Part shown: positions 25,450-36,880 of the stretch, one piece after another
How the letters are laid out: every line of letters starts with the position of its first letter
Numbering within the stretch: position 1 is the first letter of the stretch
DNA from: Elsinoe ampelina
Taxonomy: Eukaryota
DNA: 64,000 nt
Reading direction: 5' to 3'
Assembly: GCA_010093995.1 (NCBI GenBank)
Contig: ML992504.1
Location: forward strand, 1,787,394-1,851,393
Translations under genes and position numbers: made by a program
Notes under the pieces: model-generated
Seen by the model: the letters and a program-made list of their open reading frames with translations, nothing else
What the model was told of the DNA's origin: nothing
Databases searched by the model: none

Positions 25450-25897
25450 TCTGGCAGTCTATAGAAGGCCCTGGTATCTTGTTGAAGAGCTGCTTTGGTA
25501 TCTCGTGGTCGCGAGAACAATGCCATTAGATGACAGCCAGCGGAGATGGAAGAGGAGGGGAATCACGCAATCATGGCGGGGCAAGGCGGAGTCTTTGCCG
25601 ACCTCGGCTTCTGTTCCTGTTTCTTGGGCAAGAATAAGCGAAGTGCTTGCAGTCATGACATCGCGTTCCAAACGCGACACTTCGACTTTCTTTGACCTCA
25701 ACATGGCCGAATGTCAGATTATGTTGAGGCCACATGCCCTTCCAATCGGTCATCAACATAGATCCGCCCTGCTCACCTGGTACTACCCATCAGGCAGGTG
25801 CAACACACAATGAGTCGACCGATTCTCGCTCACTGGACTCGGCAGCTCTCATCATCACGTTAGATGTATACTTGATGTCTTCTTCTGATTGAGCGCC

Positions 25898-28072
25898 ATG
25901 GCACCAAGTCACACTTCATCTCAGAACCCAGGTCCTTCACCTTCTCCAAATCGGCAATTCCAGTCCATCTTTGGCGCTCTGCCTGCAATTCGAGTATCGC
26001 CATCTCACTTTGAAGAGAAATCACTTGGAGACTTCGAAGACCAGCTCACCCGTCATGGCGCGGTAGTGTCATGGGATGTCTCCGAAGCTGATATTGTACT
26101 CACAAAGGTCGAGCGTAAGCGTCGAGCCCTTTTTGATCTTCGTGGTTGTGGCATATGGACCGAGGAGATCCCTGTGCAGGCAGACAATGTTATGCAGACG
26201 AATGCCGTGGAGTCCATTGGCCCGAAAATGAAGTCTCCTCGTAGCAAACTCCGTCATCAGGGGAGCAGCAATGGCAACTCGGATGATGCCAGCACCCAGT
26301 CAGAATCGCAGGAATCCGTAGAAAGCCTGGAAGACATCCAGCCTATCGCAGCAACCCCCACAATTGAGGCTGCCCACCCCGTCGAAGATGACTCCATCGC
26401 AAAGTACCTTCACACTCCAACTATTAAAGTCATACGGACAGCATGGATCGACAAATGCCTGGAGATTAGTAAACTTGCACCAGTCGCAGAATATATAGTC
26501 TATGAAGGAGTCCGAGTGTCTTCAGCGACAGAGAGCACGGAGCTACCACCCACGACACCGACAAAGCGCAAACGAGAGTTGTCAGACGTGGACGGACCGC
26601 GCTCATCGCAGAGTCCAGGTCAGGCGATTCTGGCCAGGGCAAACGCTGAGGCTTTAAAGACCAGTCCGAAAAGGGAGCGAGATTATGGCTCACGTCGATT
26701 CGGGGACAAGTCGCAACACATTGCTACATCAGCAGCATGGTCCGCTGGTGCCCACTTGTCCCAGAAGCAGCTCCCATTGCTTCATGAGACGACGTCTGAG
26801 CACGAAGGGGATATTGCAGATTCGGACCTACCACCGCCACCAGACTGGGTCACCCAAGGACTCTTGTATGCCTGTCAGCGCTCGACGCCTCCAACGTCAC
26901 GAAATGATGCCTTCATCGAAATGCTGAAGGACATCCGTCTCGCTCGCTTGCTTACAGACGATCAGATAGGCGTCCGCGCTTATTCCACCTCTATTGCAGC
27001 CCTAGCTGCCTATCCATACAAGCTTGCTAGTCCAAAGGAAGTCCTACGCTTACCAGGCTGCGATGTGAAGATTGCCAACCTCTTTGTCGAGTTTGCAAAT
27101 ACTGGCACCCTCCGTGCCGCTGAAGCAGCCAAAGACGATGCAGATCTGAAGATCCTTCGACTGTTCTTTGACATCTGGGGCGTTGGTGCCACCACCGCCC
27201 GGGACTTCTACCATGAGCGTGGCTGGAAGGAGCTTGACGATGTGATTGAGTTTGGATGGAGCACGTTGAGTCGAGTCCAGCAGATCGGAGTCAAATACTA
27301 CGATGAATTCAAGGACGGCATACCTCGGCAAGAAGTCGAAGACATAGCAGCCATCATCCACAAACACGCCGTCAAAGTCCGGGACTCACGCATCCAATCA
27401 CTTCTAGTGGGCGGCTACCGTCGAGGAAAGTCCTCCAGCGGGGACGTCGATCTCATCATCTCCCACCCAGACGAAATTGCAACCAAGAACCTCGTGACTG
27501 ACATCGTCAACAGCCTTGAAGACGAAGGCTGGATCACCCACACCCTCCTCCTCGCCTTGACCAGCACCCATCGCGACCAACAAACCTTACCCTTCCGAGC
27601 GAACAAAACCCAAGCCGGCTCAGGCTTCGACACACTCGACAAAGCCCTCGTGGTCTGGCAAGATCCCAGCTGGGAAAGCCAGGTCACGGACGAGCAGAAG
27701 GCGAAGGGGGAGAAGAACCCCGCGCCGCACAGGAGGGTGGACATCATCATCAGTCCCTGGCGGACAGTGGGTTGTGCAGTCATGGGTTGGAGCGGAGGGA
27801 CGACGTTCCAGCGTGACGTGAGGCGGTATGCGAAGAATATCAAGGGGTGGAAGTTCGACAGCTCTGGGGTACGGGAGCGAGGGAGCGGGAAGCTTGTTGA
27901 TGTCGAGGGCTTCTTCAGTCGTGGTGGCGGGGACGCCGCGGACGAAGGTCGAGGCGTGGTCAGTATGGACTTGTGGAAGGGCAAGGCAAAGTCTATGGTC
28001 GAGGCGGAGAGGAGGGTGTTTGATGCGTTGGGGCTGGAGTGGAGGGAGCCTGATGAGAGGTGCACTGGGTAG
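25898..28072 (+). CDS. POL4: X-family DNA polymerase, Pol mu/TdT-like (fungal Pol4 type), N-terminal BRCT-like region
   Basis: IWGVGATTA HhH, GGYRRGK, GDVD, RRVDII, GWSG, terminal WREPDERCTG. Confidence 0.9.
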   Translation: MAPSHTSSQNPGPSPSPNRQFQSIFGALPAIRVSPSHFEEKSLGDFEDQLTRHGAVVSWDVSEADIVLTKVERKRRALFDLRGCGIWTEEIPVQADNVMQTNAVESIGPKMKSPRSKLRHQGSSNGNSDDASTQSESQESVESLEDIQPIAATPTIEAAHPVEDDSIAKYLHTPTIKVIRTAWIDKCLEISKLAPVAEYIVYEGVRVSSATESTELPPTTPTKRKRELSDVDGPRSSQSPGQAILARANAEALKTSPKRERDYGSRRFGDKSQHIATSAAWSAGAHLSQKQLPLLHETTSEHEGDIADSDLPPPPDWVTQGLLYACQRSTPPTSRNDAFIEMLKDIRLARLLTDDQIGVRAYSTSIAALAAYPYKLASPKEVLRLPGCDVKIANLFVEFANTGTLRAAEAAKDDADLKILRLFFDIWGVGATTARDFYHERGWKELDDVIEFGWSTLSRVQQIGVKYYDEFKDGIPRQEVEDIAAIIHKHAVKVRDSRIQSLLVGGYRRGKSSSGDVDLIISHPDEIATKNLVTDIVNSLEDEGWITHTLLLALTSTHRDQQTLPFRANKTQAGSGFDTLDKALVVWQDPSWESQVTDEQKAKGEKNPAPHRRVDIIISPWRTVGCAVMGWSGGTTFQRDVRRYAKNIKGWKFDSSGVRERGSGKLVDVEGFFSRGGGDAADEGRGVVSMDLWKGKAKSMVEAERRVFDALGLEWREPDERCTG

Positions 28073-28440
28073 AGTCTTGTGCTGAGCGTGTTTTGATTCT
28101 TGTTGGTATTGACTGTTTGCAGATTCGATCTTGTTGAAGAAGAAGAGGACGATGAGATGGATTGAATGACTAATGAGATTACTGGCAGAGTCTCGGATAC
28201 TTGGTATTAGCGAAGCATATAACATCTTAACCTCCAAGCATTTGTAGCCTACTCTGTCAATCGTGGACATGTTTCGAGTGACCCAGCGCCGATGAGGAAG
28301 CGGAGGCCGCATCCAACTATGATGAAAGGTGTTCATGGAAAGATCATGTCATTCGCCAAGAGATGTGACGATCTGGACGGGCAAGATGTCTGGGTTCATC
28401 TGTCGTGAACTAAGCTCTACATCAACCTCCACCTCAACCC

Positions 28441-31400
28441 TCACCACTCCAACCCCCTATCCGCCTCCCTACTTTCCAACTCCGCAATCACCGGCTCCAA
28501 CACCCCCCTTGCATTCTCCAACTTCGTCCCCGCCTTTACCCTACTGTAAAACACCGGACAATCCCTGCTATCACACCTCACGTCCTCCCCAAACGGCACA
28601 TCCGCACAACTCCTACACACCGCATCGATGTTCATCTTCCTCGCGCCCGCTTTCTTCAACCTCTCTCTCAGCGCCAACATCGACCCCGCCTGATTCCCCG
28701 CACAACCCGCACAAAGCGGCAACGTCTCCATCCCCGGGCCCAACTTGTCCATGGGGGGCAGCTTAGCTCTACAAACCAAACAAAACGACGTCGCCATGTA
28801 GCTCTCCATCGTCTTCCTCACGCGACCATCGATGACTTCTTTCCCTTTCCCCATGGCGGCGAGACTGCGCACGCGCACGATGCGCGGCATGTCCTCGTAC
28901 CACTGCCTCACGTTTGCGCCGACGAGATTGAAGATGCGCTCCAGCGGCGGGATGAGGTTCTTGTTGATGTAGTACTCTGCGTCCAGCTCGGCTTGGGGGT
29001 CATACAGGAGACGTTCGGGCTCGACGCAGCGCTCGAAGAGCTTGGCGCCTGGCGCACCAGCAATCACAACGTAAGGGATACGTTCGCCGTACTGGGGCTC
29101 CTTGCGGGGGTCGCGGAGCATGCGCTTGGTGGCGATGAGGGCGCCCGGGGGTGGGGGCCCGCGTTCGGCGTACGTGCCGAGTTTGACTTCTTTGGCAAAG
29201 GTGAAGTCGCTGACGCTGACTTTGCCACGCATGATCTTTTCGCATTGGCTTTGGAAGTAGGCTTTCACTTGGCTGAGGTCGGCGGTGCGGAAGAGGAGCT
29301 TGAGGGCTTTTTCTTCGATCTTTTGCTCGGCTGGGGTGCCGTCGCGGCGGACGGTTTCGATACCTTTGGCGTCGAATTCTGGTTCTTTCTGGTTGCGGGA
29401 TTCGTATTTGAAGCCGACGTAGCGCTTTTTCGCGAGCAGAACGCAGGGGTGGTATACCTTTTCGAACTTGAGCTTGACTGGTCGAGGATTCATGTCCGTG
29501 ACACGTTTGGCAATGTCGTTGCCAATGTCAAATGCTTGGTCTCTGGTCTTGCCTTTGAGGTAGACGAACAAGCTGTCTGTGTCACCGTAGACAACTTCAG
29601 CTCCCCAAGATGAAACAGAGTGAATGAAAGCTATCGTCTTCTCGAGCGTCTCGCGACCAGTCTGGACGATGCTGTCTGCGATCTCAGAACAAGGCATGCG
29701 GCCAGAGAATGATGCCGAAGTGTATCCGTATGTGACATTGGCGATAAGCTTTAGAGCCAGCTGTCTGTTATTTAGCAACTGCTGGAGAGTGCGGTCGTCC
29801 TTATCGACCTTCATCCCAGACTTGACCATGACACGAGTCTCGAGAATCTCGCCCAACATCTTTGCGAGGAGTGACTTGCGCATCTCTGGTCGCACATACA
29901 TGAGCCCGTTGGGAGCAATGTTCAGATGGTCCTTGACCAGTTCTAAGATCCGTGGTGATCGTTGAAAGTCTGCAAAGCCGAGCTTATTCGTACCACGCCA
30001 CGGCACAATACGTCCGAGACAAGTCGAGTAGCAGTAGTTGTAGGCAATCATGACGCTAGGGTACAATGATTGGAAGTCGAGAACCAAAAGTGGTGACGGG
30101 TAGAAGGCTGACTGAGGCTCCATGACCAGAGGTAAGCATTCAAGAGCATTCTGCTGCCCAACCTGCTTACGGCTCGGGCTGACCAGAACGAACGATTCGG
30201 GCTTCGCTATTCGGAACATCAGTGACTCTACCTTGAATTGCGAACCACGCGAGAAGACGCTGAAGAAATCGACACCAAGCAGACGAGCTTGTTCAGAAGT
30301 TCTTGGGACAAGCTCGTTAGCGTCGAGTATCTCAAGGTCCAAGGTGACACGGGAGATGAAATAATCAAGGATTTTGGCAAGATCCCGTGGTCTTGGGGAC
30401 TTGTACCACTTCGTCAGATCCGCGAAAGAGTAGTGTGGTATACGGCGATGTAAGAGGTGGAAGACAACGTTCTCCATGGTGTACTGGAGCAAGTTAAGCT
30501 CCGATCTCATGGCTCGCCAGATGTTTATCATATGCCGACCGGTGACTCGGATGGTGGAGGTGTGTGTGAAACCCCATCGATCAGCGTCCTTGCCGAATCG
30601 ACCGTGAGAAGCTGACTTCATCCGACTAAACTCGTCTGGTAGATTAAACTCATACTTGAGTCTGGCCCGCTCAATCAGGTAGCCCCAGCTGGAGTTGTGC
30701 ACTTCATACCCGCAGAGTATGTCTGGGTCAAATTCGCGTACTATGTCGACCATGTGATTGAGTAGATCAAGCTCATCTCCTTCATATGCCACTTCGATAT
30801 CGGTCTGCTTGTTGACTCTTGAAGTCATCGATCCAGAGTCGTCCCCGTTCTCGTCCAGCAGTAAGATACCAAGCCGAAGACCATCTTCTCGATCTGTGAC
30901 TGCGTCATCATCAGAATGAAGACACCAAAAGATTGCGGTAATCTCGTCCTGCTCGGGATCCGGCGCCAGGTCGGTACGACTGTTGACGTGCACTTCCAGG
31001 CTCATGGACGACATGTACTGTGTCTCATGACGCACAGAGGTCGACTTCTGTTTTTGCGTAAACTTGAAACCATGTTTATTCTTCTGCGTCGGTCCTTCAA
31101 TCTGAGAGAGCTCGGGATCCGGTCGGTTCTTTCGCTTCACTTTTGACATGGGAGTTTGCTTGGTTTTGCCCAGGTCCTCATCTTCATCGTGTCCCATTTG
31201 TGCAAAGTCATTGACGTCTTGCCAACTCGGAGGTCTGGTCTCAATCTCCCAGCATCGCAAGTGGCACCCCCATCTGCGCTTTTGGTGGTACAAATCCTCT
31301 TTGGTCTTGTCCGGTACGATGGCAGGCTTCTCTCCACGACATGCTGCTGACGTTCCGCTTGGATCAAAGTCTGGCAGGAAAGGTAGAGTGATAGATTCCA

Positions 31401-33450
31401 ATTTGAAGTCTTGCCCGGCGTATTCGCGAGAACGCTCCGGGACGTCCTTTTCATCGCTGTAGTAGGCGTCTTGATAAACGACGTTGACACCACATTCAAG
31501 CTCCAAGGTGGCTTCTACGTCGTGTAAAGTTGGCGGCGTAGAATGAAATACGTAGGCATAACCAGGCGTCGATGTTATCGAATGGTAGCGTGATGCAAGT
31601 TTCGCCGCGGTCGATGGTGGTGAGCCATTTGTCATTGTTGGGCTGATGGACGTTTTCTTTGCAGATTTCGTAAGGCTTTCATTCGATGAAGTGGCTGGCT
31701 GCACGATTGCCGACGTCTCGGCCTCCACAAGTTTCGCTTGTTGACTGAGACGTCGTGGAAGCTCAGGATCGTTGGCGTTCTTCACTACTTGATATCCGAA
31801 TGACTGGCTCAAGCGAAGCGGCTCTTGTGAGGATGCTGTTTGCTGTGCATCAGGTTCCTGGTGGCCCTGAATGGGAGATAGTGCCTGGCGTTGATCAAGC
31901 TCAGCCAGAAGTTGCGAGCCTGTGAGACCTTTCTGCTCGTAAGGATCCTCATCTTCTTGTCCGCTCCTGGTTTCAGCAGGAGGCTTGGTGTTCTCGGCAA
32001 AGTCTATCTTTCGACGCTTCTGCGAGGCATTGCCATTTAGTAGGAACCGCTTGCGTGGTCGAATCGGAGAGCTGATATTTGAGTCTCTAGCGGGGCGTCC
32101 GGGTGACGATGAGAGCTTCTGGCCTGATAGTGCATCCGTACTCGAGTCGTTACGAGGGTCTTTGACAGGAGTCTGCGCTCGAGCAAACTCTTGATCAGAC
32201 GCAGCAGCTTTCTCGTCTTCGTCTTCTCGCATGCGGAGTACAGTCTTTTCGTCTACTAGAATTTGGGTCGAATCTGGGCGGCTCACTCTGGTCTGTGACT
32301 GTGTGTTGCCACTTGAAGCCAGTTTCTTGACCTTGTCCAAGAACAGCTCTTCGACACTTTCAAGAGTGGTCTGCACCAAGAGCTCCTCCGACCTCGGTCT
32401 GACGAAAGTATCGAAACTTACGTGCTTGGCACCGTCTTTGAGCTTCTCGTCTTGTACAAGCTGCTCAACGAGTGATCTGAACTCATCCTCATGAATCCAG
32501 CCACCTTTACTTGTGTTCCTTGGGTCGGCTGACATACTCACGAGGACCTCCGGGGGAAATGGACTGCTGCCAGGATCCGAGATCCCCATTCTTCGCTTGC
32601 GCCTCTTGGTCTCGTCTCTCCAGAGCCCAGCCATGGACTGAACCAGCTTTTGGTCGGGAGCCAAGTGCGAGAAGCGTTCGACAAAGCTGTGATGGAGAGG
32701 TCTACCGACGACTTCCTCTCGATTGGTGATGTCCTGGACGCAGATGTCGACCTCAATGCTGCAGTGGCTTTGACGTGGGAATTCGTCTTCGGGTAATACC
32801 AGATTTGAGGGTATAGATCGGTCATGCCATTTGTGGACATCGCTGTTGAGCTCCATGTAATCCGGTAGAGGATCGCGAAAGTAGGGCTTGTCTGTTTCGA
32901 CGTTGGCGCAGCCGTACAAGTTGAAGTCGCACATCCATTGTAGCAGGTATTGTAGGTGCGACTCGTACGGCTGAAAGGTCCTCTTCATAATTGCTCCTTG
33001 GTGCAAGAGATCTGCAAGGCGGGTCATGTGTAGAGGATTAAGGATGTAGACCTTTAAAAAGTACTTGTAGCCCACATGGTAGCCGAAGAACGGGACGCCC
33101 TTGACGAGACTGATGTGGGCTACATAGATGGCCTTTCCATCATAGTTGTTGCGCCGGAAGGACACTGCCAGGGCGTGGTCGATAGACAGCCTGAGGGATT
33201 GAATGTATGCATCCACGCGGTCTTTGTCCAGACTCCCATCGTAATCCAAATAAAGATATGGGAACGCGCCATGTATATGAGCGCAGACCTTCTGACCTGT
33301 CTCAGTCGCCCCGAACACTCTGATCACGGGGACTTGTGGTCCATTCTGCTGGGATGCCAGAGACTTTCCACCCCACAGAGGTGGATCCAGAGAAGTCGGA
33401 GTGGCCTGATAGTGATCCACGCAATTCAAGCGTACCCTAAACCTGTCCAT
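28441..33450 (-). CDS. REV3: DNA polymerase zeta catalytic subunit
   Basis: 1669-aa single ORF: HIHGAFPYLY, SRGSQFKVES, LDFQSLYPS, KLIANVTYGY, YGDTDS, KKRYVG, C-terminal Cys clusters (CLVC...CAGC; CRSC...CDSRDC). Confidence 0.97.
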   Translation of the reverse strand: MDRFRVRLNCVDHYQATPTSLDPPLWGGKSLASQQNGPQVPVIRVFGATETGQKVCAHIHGAFPYLYLDYDGSLDKDRVDAYIQSLRLSIDHALAVSFRRNNYDGKAIYVAHISLVKGVPFFGYHVGYKYFLKVYILNPLHMTRLADLLHQGAIMKRTFQPYESHLQYLLQWMCDFNLYGCANVETDKPYFRDPLPDYMELNSDVHKWHDRSIPSNLVLPEDEFPRQSHCSIEVDICVQDITNREEVVGRPLHHSFVERFSHLAPDQKLVQSMAGLWRDETKRRKRRMGISDPGSSPFPPEVLVSMSADPRNTSKGGWIHEDEFRSLVEQLVQDEKLKDGAKHVSFDTFVRPRSEELLVQTTLESVEELFLDKVKKLASSGNTQSQTRVSRPDSTQILVDEKTVLRMREDEDEKAAASDQEFARAQTPVKDPRNDSSTDALSGQKLSSSPGRPARDSNISSPIRPRKRFLLNGNASQKRRKIDFAENTKPPAETRSGQEDEDPYEQKGLTGSQLLAELDQRQALSPIQGHQEPDAQQTASSQEPLRLSQSFGYQVVKNANDPELPRRLSQQAKLVEAETSAIVQPATSSNESLTKSAKKTSISPTMTNGSPPSTAAKLASRYHSITSTPGYAYVFHSTPPTLHDVEATLELECGVNVVYQDAYYSDEKDVPERSREYAGQDFKLESITLPFLPDFDPSGTSAACRGEKPAIVPDKTKEDLYHQKRRWGCHLRCWEIETRPPSWQDVNDFAQMGHDEDEDLGKTKQTPMSKVKRKNRPDPELSQIEGPTQKNKHGFKFTQKQKSTSVRHETQYMSSMSLEVHVNSRTDLAPDPEQDEITAIFWCLHSDDDAVTDREDGLRLGILLLDENGDDSGSMTSRVNKQTDIEVAYEGDELDLLNHMVDIVREFDPDILCGYEVHNSSWGYLIERARLKYEFNLPDEFSRMKSASHGRFGKDADRWGFTHTSTIRVTGRHMINIWRAMRSELNLLQYTMENVVFHLLHRRIPHYSFADLTKWYKSPRPRDLAKILDYFISRVTLDLEILDANELVPRTSEQARLLGVDFFSVFSRGSQFKVESLMFRIAKPESFVLVSPSRKQVGQQNALECLPLVMEPQSAFYPSPLLVLDFQSLYPSVMIAYNYCYSTCLGRIVPWRGTNKLGFADFQRSPRILELVKDHLNIAPNGLMYVRPEMRKSLLAKMLGEILETRVMVKSGMKVDKDDRTLQQLLNNRQLALKLIANVTYGYTSASFSGRMPCSEIADSIVQTGRETLEKTIAFIHSVSSWGAEVVYGDTDSLFVYLKGKTRDQAFDIGNDIAKRVTDMNPRPVKLKFEKVYHPCVLLAKKRYVGFKYESRNQKEPEFDAKGIETVRRDGTPAEQKIEEKALKLLFRTADLSQVKAYFQSQCEKIMRGKVSVSDFTFAKEVKLGTYAERGPPPPGALIATKRMLRDPRKEPQYGERIPYVVIAGAPGAKLFERCVEPERLLYDPQAELDAEYYINKNLIPPLERIFNLVGANVRQWYEDMPRIVRVRSLAAMGKGKEVIDGRVRKTMESYMATSFCLVCRAKLPPMDKLGPGMETLPLCAGCAGNQAGSMLALRERLKKAGARKMNIDAVCRSCADVPFGEDVRCDSRDCPVFYSRVKAGTKLENARGVLEPVIAELESREADRGLEW

Positions 33451-34492
33451 ACCTCACAAGACCTGATGGACCTAGTGAGAATCGATGCTCCATGGTCGTC
33501 GCCTTGCCCGAGTTCATGCGGCCGATATTGCGTGAGTCGTTCTGTGGCGATGCCGAACTGTGATGTGGAAGATCGATAGTCGTACAATTCAAGTTTCAGA
33601 TATTGTTGTGGCAAGTTATGCGACGTGGGTTCTCGCGCGTAAAGTGGTTGCAGTAAACAAGAGGTCAAAGGGATGGCTTGGCGTGTCCCGAGCTCGAGAT
33701 GCAGCCAAAACTGCCCCTCATAGGGAGCCTTATATGTGCCAAACCGCCAATTCAACCAACCTTTATTTATTTACACCTGCGAATTTGCTTAATATTTATA
33801 TCTTCTTAGATATTACTTACTATTATACTTACTAATGTACTTACTAATATTCTAGATAGTTATTATTAGCTATGCTATACCTATGTATTAATTTTAAGGT
33901 CTATTAGCCTTTAATCTAGCGCTAGATTATACTTAATAACCTTAATTAATCGATAGTTATTAACTACTTATAAACTGTCTTCTATATTAAGGTATCTCTA
34001 TAATCTCTATAGTAGTAGTTAAAGAATTAGAGTATTATAATAAGGCTACTAGCTACTAATTTACTAGAGTTATAAGCTTAGATTATATCGATATTTAGTA
34101 AGGCTATAGAAAAGGACAATCTAATACTAAGGATATTATATAATAAAGGCTAGCTATACCTTTTAAAGTATTAGCTTTAATACCTTTAGCTAGCTATAGG
34201 TCTCTATAAGTAGATAGATACTATAGATAAGAAAGAGATATAAGTATATATAAGAGAGGCTTTATAAGAGTTACTAGATAAGGGTATAAAGTACTTAGAA
34301 TATTATATACTAGCGAACGAGCTATAGAGAAGATATAATATAGTAGAAATATATAATATATTAATTAACTTATAGCTTAACTTATAGCTTATAACTTATA
34401 GTAATAGAGTAATATAGCTTAATTATAAGCTTAATCTAGAGAGTATTAGTAGTTATCTTTACGCTATTAATTACTACTATAGCGCTCTTATT

Positions 34493-35060
34493 ATACTAGA
34501 GCTAAATTATTACTAGTTACTTAATACCTATTATAAATTTAAGAGAGTTAGTATCTAAGTATATACTATAATAGATATATACTTATAGTATATCCTCTAG
34601 CTCTATATTAGTATTACTAGATATATAGAAAACTTAGTTACTACTTAATATTTCTATTATCTTAAGGCTATTAGTATTATACTATATAAGGTATAATTTA
34701 ATTAAGGTACTAAAATACTAATTATAGTAGATTTATACTACGCTATTACTAGATAAGTTTAACTAACTCCTATAGTCTTTATAGACTACTATTAGTATAG
34801 TACTAGTAAGATAAACTAGTAGATTAAGTTATAGTAGTTATAATTAGTAAAAGAGACTATAAATAACTAGCGTAACTACTTTACTAAGCTAGTAGCTAAG
34901 GGCGTATTTATAGGCGATAGCCTACTAGATTATATTACTTTACTTACTATCTATATACTAATTATTCGCTATAAACTATAAGAGTTTACTCTCTACTAGA
35001 ATAACTATAGAATCTATAAGTAGAAGAATTACTCTTATATTATTTCTAGCTAACTAGTCT
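34493..35060 (+). pseudogene. RIP-mutated integrase-core (DDE) transposase, catalytic region
   Basis: One frame without frameshifts. Reversing only C>T/G>A changes gives PGPN.CWSLD, GIQVYAAIDAYSRYILWLYIG, VRSDRGTET, YGTS..NQRIESWWSQL and EF...WNNHRIRKQ. Putative D/D/E codons at 34523, 34700 and 34826. True ORF ends not determined. Confidence 0.8.
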
Positions 35061-36739
35061 ATATATACTAGTAGCTAGATCTATATAAGGACAAGTAATA
35101 TAGTATATAAGTTAAACTATAAGTCCTTAGTAAGTTTCTTACTAAGGCTAATAAGTTTAGTATATAGCGTATATAGTAATTTATAACTCTAGATAGTACT
35201 TTCTATACTTTCTCTTTAAGTACTTATACTAACTTACTAAGGTAAATATTAAAGAATACTTACTAGCTAAAACACTCTAGTAGTATTATAAAGTTATTAT
35301 TTAATAGTTTAGAGTAATACCTACTAGTAGTAGTACTAATACTAAGAGTTATTAGCTTTATTAACTAGTATATCTTTATCTTTACTAGGCTACTTATATC
35401 TATATTACTCTTAGTAATATTAATCTAGAACTAGTCGAGTTAGATAAGCCTTATTAGACTAGAGTTATTAGGCTAGAGATTGTTATATTATTTAAGGTAC
35501 TAACTAGTAAGGAAGGTAATATAGATTTTTAATTATTAAAAAAAGTATAATTCTCTCTTCTTTCTTTACTTTTCTTCTTTCTTACTTATTCTTTATAGAT
35601 TTACTACTATACTTATAGCTAACTTATAGTAATATATTAGTAATAGATTAGACTCTATACTACTCTAAGTAGAGTATTTATTATAACTAAGTAATAGGCT
35701 AATATACCTTTTATAGTAGCTATAGTACTAGGAACTCTAATATACTAACTAGTAAAGTATTTATAAGGACTAGCTAGTAGAGAGAGTTATTAAATACTTT
35801 CTCTAGCTATTTAAGCTTACTATTACTAGCTATAAGCTTATCTATAAGTTAGTAGCAAGTATAGACTCTACTAGTATAGCTACTACTAATAACTACCTTT
35901 ATAGCTTTTACTTCTCTCTCTTCTACTACTATTTAATAGTGCTAGATCTATATAGCTACTAAACTACTTTAGGCTAATACTAGTACTTATATACTTTTAT
36001 TAAGAGGCTAATTAGTAGTATTAATACTACTAGTCGATCTATACAAATTCTATATCCTTATTAAAGCTTATATATAATTAGCTAGAGTAACTTATAGTAA
36101 GTATATATTAATCTAGACATTTAAAGTACCTAAGATATATAAAAAATAAAATAACTCTTTCTATAAGTAAGAGTTTAATACGTAGAGGAATAATAAGCTA
36201 TATAGTAAAGCCTTTATTATTTTTCTTTTAACTTATAGTAATAATTACTCTCTTTAATCTTAGATAATAGCCTTTAACTACTTTAATAGTGCCTTCCTCT
36301 ATACTAGCTAGAGCTCTACTATAGATACGCTATAAAGACTTACTAAAGCCTTCTTAGTAGTAGTATAAGATCTTAGTAGCCTTCTTATACTATTCGTAGC
36401 TAAATAAAAGAGAAAGAATAGTAATTATAGTAATACTACTTATGTAATTATAATCTATATCTAGTAGGTTAAAGGATATAAGAAGAGCTTAGTAAGTTAT
36501 ACTATAAGTTATACTTTAAGTACTATACTAAGTACTAGATAAATTAAGAAAGAGCTAGAGCTACTTAAGTCTATAAGTAGTTCTCGTAGTTAACTTACTA
36601 GTATAACTTATACTAACCTTATTTAGTAACTCTACTAAGATTAACTCTCTAAATTTACTAACCTAACTAGAGATAATAATAAGACTCTTTTTACTATTAA
36701 ATATTTCTCTCTAGCTATAGAGTTATTTAAGAATTTAGA

Positions 36740-36880
36740 GCTAGATAAGCTAGATAAGCTAGATAAGCTAGATAAGAGAGAGAAGAGAGAGAAGAGAGAG
36801 AAGAGAGAGAAGAGAGAGAAGAGAGAGAGAAAAGAAAAGAGAAAGAGAGAAAGAAAGAGAGAAAGAGAAAGAGAGTAAGA
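36740..36880 (+). repeat. 9-bp tandem repeats (GCTAGATAA)x4 then (GAGAGAGAA)x5, decaying into a purine tract
   Basis: Read directly from the sequence; translates LDK-LDK...REK-REK on +. Confidence 0.85.

Noticed and set aside
36740..36880. Tandem repeats as a CRISPR array or telomere
   Set aside because: No spacers, eukaryotic context and not TTAGGG; they are simple 9-bp repeats inside a transposon.
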